A DNA stretch of 64,000 nt from Dehalococcoidia bacterium. GTDB lineage: Bacteria > Chloroflexota > Dehalococcoidia > GIF9 > AB-539-J10. The notes under the pieces are model-generated. The model saw only the letters and a list, made by a program, of their open reading frames with translations. It did no database searches and was not told the DNA's origin. The position numbers and the translations under genes were made by a program. Within the stretch, counting starts at the first letter, position 1, and every line of letters begins with the position of its first letter. Positions 60,522 to 64,000 of this stretch are shown here, one piece after another. Location: assembly GCA_030612025.1 (NCBI GenBank), contig JAUWOR010000001.1:64001-128000 (forward strand), read 5' to 3'.

Positions 60522-61418
60522 ATGGCAAGACCTTTCAGAGAAATGCTTAAAACGAAGGATTTTATTGTAACCGCTGAGGCTGGGCCAGAAAAAGGGTCAA
60601 ATATCGCGAAGCTGGTTGAGCATATTGAGCTTCTCAAAGACAGGGTAGATGGTCTAAATGTGACTGATAATCAAAGCGCTGTGATGAGGTACCCTTCTCT
60701 TGGGACTTGCCTACTCATTAAGGAGCATGGCGGGGAGCCAATTCTCCAGATCACTTGCCGGGATCGGAATCGCCTGGCAATTCAAGCAGACCTTCTTTTT
60801 GCTTACTCCAGAGGAATAAATAATGTCCTTTGTCTCACCGGTGATGCTATCGACACGGGTGACCATAAAGAAGCAAAGCCCGTCTTCGACCTTGATTCAG
60901 TTCAGTTAATTCATCTTGTTCATACATTGAACTCTGGAAAAGATATGGTAGGAAACGAACTTGATGGAGGTGTTGATTTTTGTATCGGGGCATCTGCTAC
61001 TCCCTCGGCAGACCCTATCGAGCCTCAACTTCTGAAATTCCAAAAAAAACTGGATGCCGGGATGGACTTCATTCAAACTCAAGCTGTTTATGATATGGAT
61101 GAGCTCAAAAGATTCATGGAGAATTTCCATAAGATGGATCATATTGACGGGGTGAAGATTTTAGCTGGGGTAGTTCCTATCTGGGGAGCAAAGATGGCAA
61201 GATATATGAACGAAAATGTTCCCGGAATATATGTTCCTCAGTATTTAATCGACGAAATAGACCAAGCTCCTAAAGGAACAAAAGCAGCCAAAGGAATAGA
61301 AATGACTGGAAGGCTCATAAGGCAGATAAAGGAGGAGAAAATTTGTGACGGGGTTCATGTTATGGCTATTGGAAGAGAGGAAAGGGTTCCTGCGATTCTG
61401 GAAGCTGCGGGAATTTAA
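60522..61418 (+). CDS. metF: Methylene-THF reductase MetF
   Basis: NVTDNQ, TCRDRNRLA, LTGD, FIQTQ, GVHVM. Confidence 0.93.
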   Translation: MARPFREMLKTKDFIVTAEAGPEKGSNIAKLVEHIELLKDRVDGLNVTDNQSAVMRYPSLGTCLLIKEHGGEPILQITCRDRNRLAIQADLLFAYSRGINNVLCLTGDAIDTGDHKEAKPVFDLDSVQLIHLVHTLNSGKDMVGNELDGGVDFCIGASATPSADPIEPQLLKFQKKLDAGMDFIQTQAVYDMDELKRFMENFHKMDHIDGVKILAGVVPIWGAKMARYMNENVPGIYVPQYLIDEIDQAPKGTKAAKGIEMTGRLIRQIKEEKICDGVHVMAIGREERVPAILEAAGI

Positions 61419-61428
61419 AATACCCTTC

Positions 61429-61539
61429 TGCCACCCTGAGCCCCTCGCTCATTGTCATTATGAGGGAGTGAAGTGACCGAAGAATCTCGCTCAGGGGTAA
61501 ACTCCGCGAAGGGTCGAGAGATTCTTCGCTGCGGTCAGA
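61429..61539. repeat. Compound GTCATT-family repeat
   Basis: GTCATTATGAG...GAAGAATCTC...GAGATTCTTCG. Confidence 0.72.
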
Positions 61540-61550
61540 GCCTACAAGGG

Positions 61551-61691
61551 AGGGTGTTTAAAAATGTAGTGCGACCCTTTAGGGTCGTGCACGAGGCTAA
61601 AGCCTCGCACTACGAAAATTTTGGGGTGAATGGGTATTAAAACTGAATGAGATAAATCTAGTTTTGAATTTGAGGCAAAATTAAACAGCCT
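61551..61691 (+). mobile_element. MITE-like element with an inverted type B doublet
   Basis: 141 nt; shell as in the 51710 copy, payload is its reverse complement. Confidence 0.82.
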
Positions 61692-61717
61692 TAAACAAGG
61701 AGTAAGGAGGTGGGAAA

Positions 61718-62197
61718 TTGACTGTAGTCTTAAACGAGCAAGACACTAAATTCAAATATGATGTGGCTGAAGAGCCTGGCGGAGAGAATATCAAACTTTG
61801 CTTTGCCTGTGGGCTCTGCACCGCTAGTTGTCCTGTGGCAGACATTGACCCTGGATATAATCCTCGAAAGATAATCCGCATGGTTCTCCTGGGAATGAGA
61901 AAGGAAGTCCTTTCATCAAATTTGCCCTGGCTTTGCACCCAGTGCTACACCTGCCAAGCTCACTGCCCTCAGAACGTGAAATTCTCCGATGTAATGAAGG
62001 CATTAAGGAGCATGGCGGTGCGGGAAGGATATGTCCATCCTTCTTTCCTTGAGCAGATAAAAGAGATTGACTCCTTCTCGCAGAAGTCACGCCATCAAAT
62101 GGTGCTATCCGTTGTAGATAAGAAATCTGAGGAAATGAAGGTAGACCCGACTAAGCTTGCTGAGGAGGCACTGGAAAAGGAGAAGGCGAAAGTTTAG
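61718..62197 (+). CDS. hdrC: HdrC-like 2x[4Fe-4S] protein
   Basis: CFACGLCTASCP, WLCTQCYTCQAHCP. Confidence 0.88.
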   Translation: MTVVLNEQDTKFKYDVAEEPGGENIKLCFACGLCTASCPVADIDPGYNPRKIIRMVLLGMRKEVLSSNLPWLCTQCYTCQAHCPQNVKFSDVMKALRSMAVREGYVHPSFLEQIKEIDSFSQKSRHQMVLSVVDKKSEEMKVDPTKLAEEALEKEKAKV

Positions 62198-62209
62198 GGA
62201 GGTAAAGCT

Positions 62210-62635
62210 ATGGAAGCTAAGGATAAGCCTATAGGAGCAGCACTGGTGGTTGGGGGGGGAATCGGAGGGATTCAAGCAGCACTCGATTTAGCCGAGTCCG
62301 GGTATAAGGTCTACTTGGTGGAAAAATCTCCCGCCATCGGCGGAGTTATGGCTCAGCTTGATAAGACCTTTCCTACTTTAGACTGTTCCATGTGTATCCT
62401 CTCCCCAAAACTTATCGAATGTGGAAGACACCCTAATATTGAACTCTTAACCTATTCGGACATCCTGGATGTTAAAGGAGAGCCGGGGAAATTTAAGGTA
62501 AAAGTCAGGAAGCGCGCAAGGTCTATCGATCTTGAGAAATGTACCGGCTGCGGTATTTGTTACAACAGTTGTCCTGTGAAATATAAGCCTCAACTTAAAG
62601 AAGGAGGATATCATGGTCACGGTGGAACTCGATAA
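62210..62635 (+). CDS. Short HdrA N-terminal module
   Basis: GGGIGG, QLDKTFPTLDCSMC, CTGCGIC...CP, then stop. Confidence 0.85.
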   Translation: MEAKDKPIGAALVVGGGIGGIQAALDLAESGYKVYLVEKSPAIGGVMAQLDKTFPTLDCSMCILSPKLIECGRHPNIELLTYSDILDVKGEPGKFKVKVRKRARSIDLEKCTGCGICYNSCPVKYKPQLKEGGYHGHGGTR

Positions 62636-63074
62636 AGTTGATGAAATCATAGATAGATATGTAGGTGAAGAAGGGATTTTGATTCAATTGTTGTTGGATA
62701 TACAGAGCGAATTAAATTGGATCCCTAAGGAAGCCTTGGAGCGAATAAGCGAGAGGCTCAAGGTGCCAGTAAGCCAGATATATCGTATAGCCAGCTTTTA
62801 TAAAGCCATGAGCCTGACCCCAAGAGGGAAGCATATAATAAATGTCTGCCTCGGCACTGCCTGCCACGTGCGAGGAGGTCCGAGGATTATGGATAGGGCA
62901 AAGCAGATTTTGGGCATAGACGCCGGAGAGACAACCCCGGATATGCAGTTCACTCTGGAAAGGGTTAATTGCCTCGGCTGTTGCGCCTTAGGGCCAGTGA
63001 TGGTAGTTGATAGAGATTACCATGGCAAGATAACACCAGCAAAGGTAAAAGAGATTATCGAGACCTGTGATTAG
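62613..63074 (+). CDS. nuoE: NuoE/HydC-like [2Fe-2S] subunit
   Basis: VCLGTACHVRG, CLGCCALGP. Confidence 0.92.
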   Translation: MVTVELDKVDEIIDRYVGEEGILIQLLLDIQSELNWIPKEALERISERLKVPVSQIYRIASFYKAMSLTPRGKHIINVCLGTACHVRGGPRIMDRAKQILGIDAGETTPDMQFTLERVNCLGCCALGPVMVVDRDYHGKITPAKVKEIIETCD

Positions 63075-63081
63075 GGGGGCT

Positions 63082-64000
63082 ATGCCAAAATTAAATTCAC
63101 CTGCTGAACTGGAGAAGCTTAGGCAAGATATATTGTCTAAAAGGGATCCTAACAAGCGCTGCATTGCTATATGCGCTGGTACTGGCTGCCTTGCTCTTGG
63201 TTGCGGCAAAGTTATCACGGCCTTTAAAGAAGAAGTTAGAAAACAGGGTTTGGAAGGCAAGATAGACATTAGGGAGACAGGATGTCCTGGCTTTTGTGAA
63301 AACGGCACTGTAGTTACTATTTATCCTGAGGGGATTTTCTATATAAAAGTGATGCCGGAAGATGCCACTGAGATCATCTCGCAAACTATAATTGAGAAAA
63401 AGGTAATCGAACGTTTGCTTTATGTCGATCCCGCCACAAATGAAAAGGTGGCTCATGAGAAGGACGTCCCTTTCTACAAATATCAAACACGTATTTTGAT
63501 TGGTAATAACTCTAAGCTTGATCCTAAAAGCATGGATGATTATATTGCTCTTGGTGGCTATAGTTCCTTAGCCAAAGCACTTTCCCATATGACACCTGAG
63601 CAAGTCTTAGAGGAAGTAAAGAAATCGAACATTAGGGGCAGGGGAGGAGGAGGATTTCCCGCGGGAAGGAAGTGGGAGAGTGTACGTAATGCACCTGGAG
63701 AACCTAAGTATGTAATAGTCAACTGCGATGAGGGAGACCCCGGGGCTTTTATGAATAGAGCATTAATGGAAGGAAATCCTCATAGTGTGCTTGAAGGCTT
63801 AACTATCGGAGCTTATGCTATAGGTTCCCACGAGGGCTTCATTTATGTTCGTGCTGAGTATCCTTTGGCGGTGGAAAATGTTGGTATTGCTATCAGGCAA
63901 GCTGAGAAATACGGCCTTCTAGGCGAGAATATCCTTGGCTCAGGGTTTAACTTCGAAGTAAAGGTGCATCGAGGTGCGGGAGCCTTTGTCTCCGGTGAAT
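63082..64000 (+). CDS. nuoF: NuoF/HydB-like NADH-binding flavoprotein (runs off the window)
   Basis: CAGTGC, GCPGFC, RGRGGGGFP, NCDEGDPGAF, GAGAFV. Confidence 0.92.
   Translation, partial: MPKLNSPAELEKLRQDILSKRDPNKRCIAICAGTGCLALGCGKVITAFKEEVRKQGLEGKIDIRETGCPGFCENGTVVTIYPEGIFYIKVMPEDATEIISQTIIEKKVIERLLYVDPATNEKVAHEKDVPFYKYQTRILIGNNSKLDPKSMDDYIALGGYSSLAKALSHMTPEQVLEEVKKSNIRGRGGGGFPAGRKWESVRNAPGEPKYVIVNCDEGDPGAFMNRALMEGNPHSVLEGLTIGAYAIGSHEGFIYVRAEYPLAVENVGIAIRQAEKYGLLGENILGSGFNFEVKVHRGAGAFVSGE

Noticed and set aside
48981-62635. Selenocysteine recoding in the hydrogenase, MvhD or HdrA
   Set aside because: The usual Sec positions (DPCLAC, AFCC, DCSMC) are Cys codons, and no in-frame TGA interrupts these genes.

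Overview
About 64 kb of chromosome from an anaerobic bacterium, most likely Chloroflexota/Dehalococcoidia (inferred from gene content and order). The left 45 kb is a housekeeping backbone: yggU, mtaB, recJ, lgt, treT, a Fur-family regulator, a DUF1998 helicase, and a SAM/methionine-cycle run (mtnA, mtnP, short core-MetE, ahcY, metK, pgm, pgi/pmi). Most junctions in this backbone hold accessory DNA. That includes about nine toxin-antitoxin loci (several decayed), stand-alone HEPN-like and restriction-like genes, and a tightly coupled six-gene candidate defence operon: RadC-N, MNT, HEPN, type IIG R-M, minimal WYL and OLD nuclease. Next to tRNA-Ser(GCT) is an integrase-less array of three methyltransferase cassettes with attC sites. 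The right 16 kb is a redox cluster: a Tat-less group-1-like [NiFe] hydrogenase followed by metV-metF, three metF and two metV paralogues in total, a cNMP histidine kinase with two receivers, split HdrA modules, MvhD, HdrC and NuoEF/HydBC-like subunits. At least four short repeat families occur. One is a 130-140 bp MITE-like shell carrying interchangeable GTAG-REP doublets. Others are palindromes inserted in frame inside core enzymes. All product calls come from motif recognition by eye; no database search was run.
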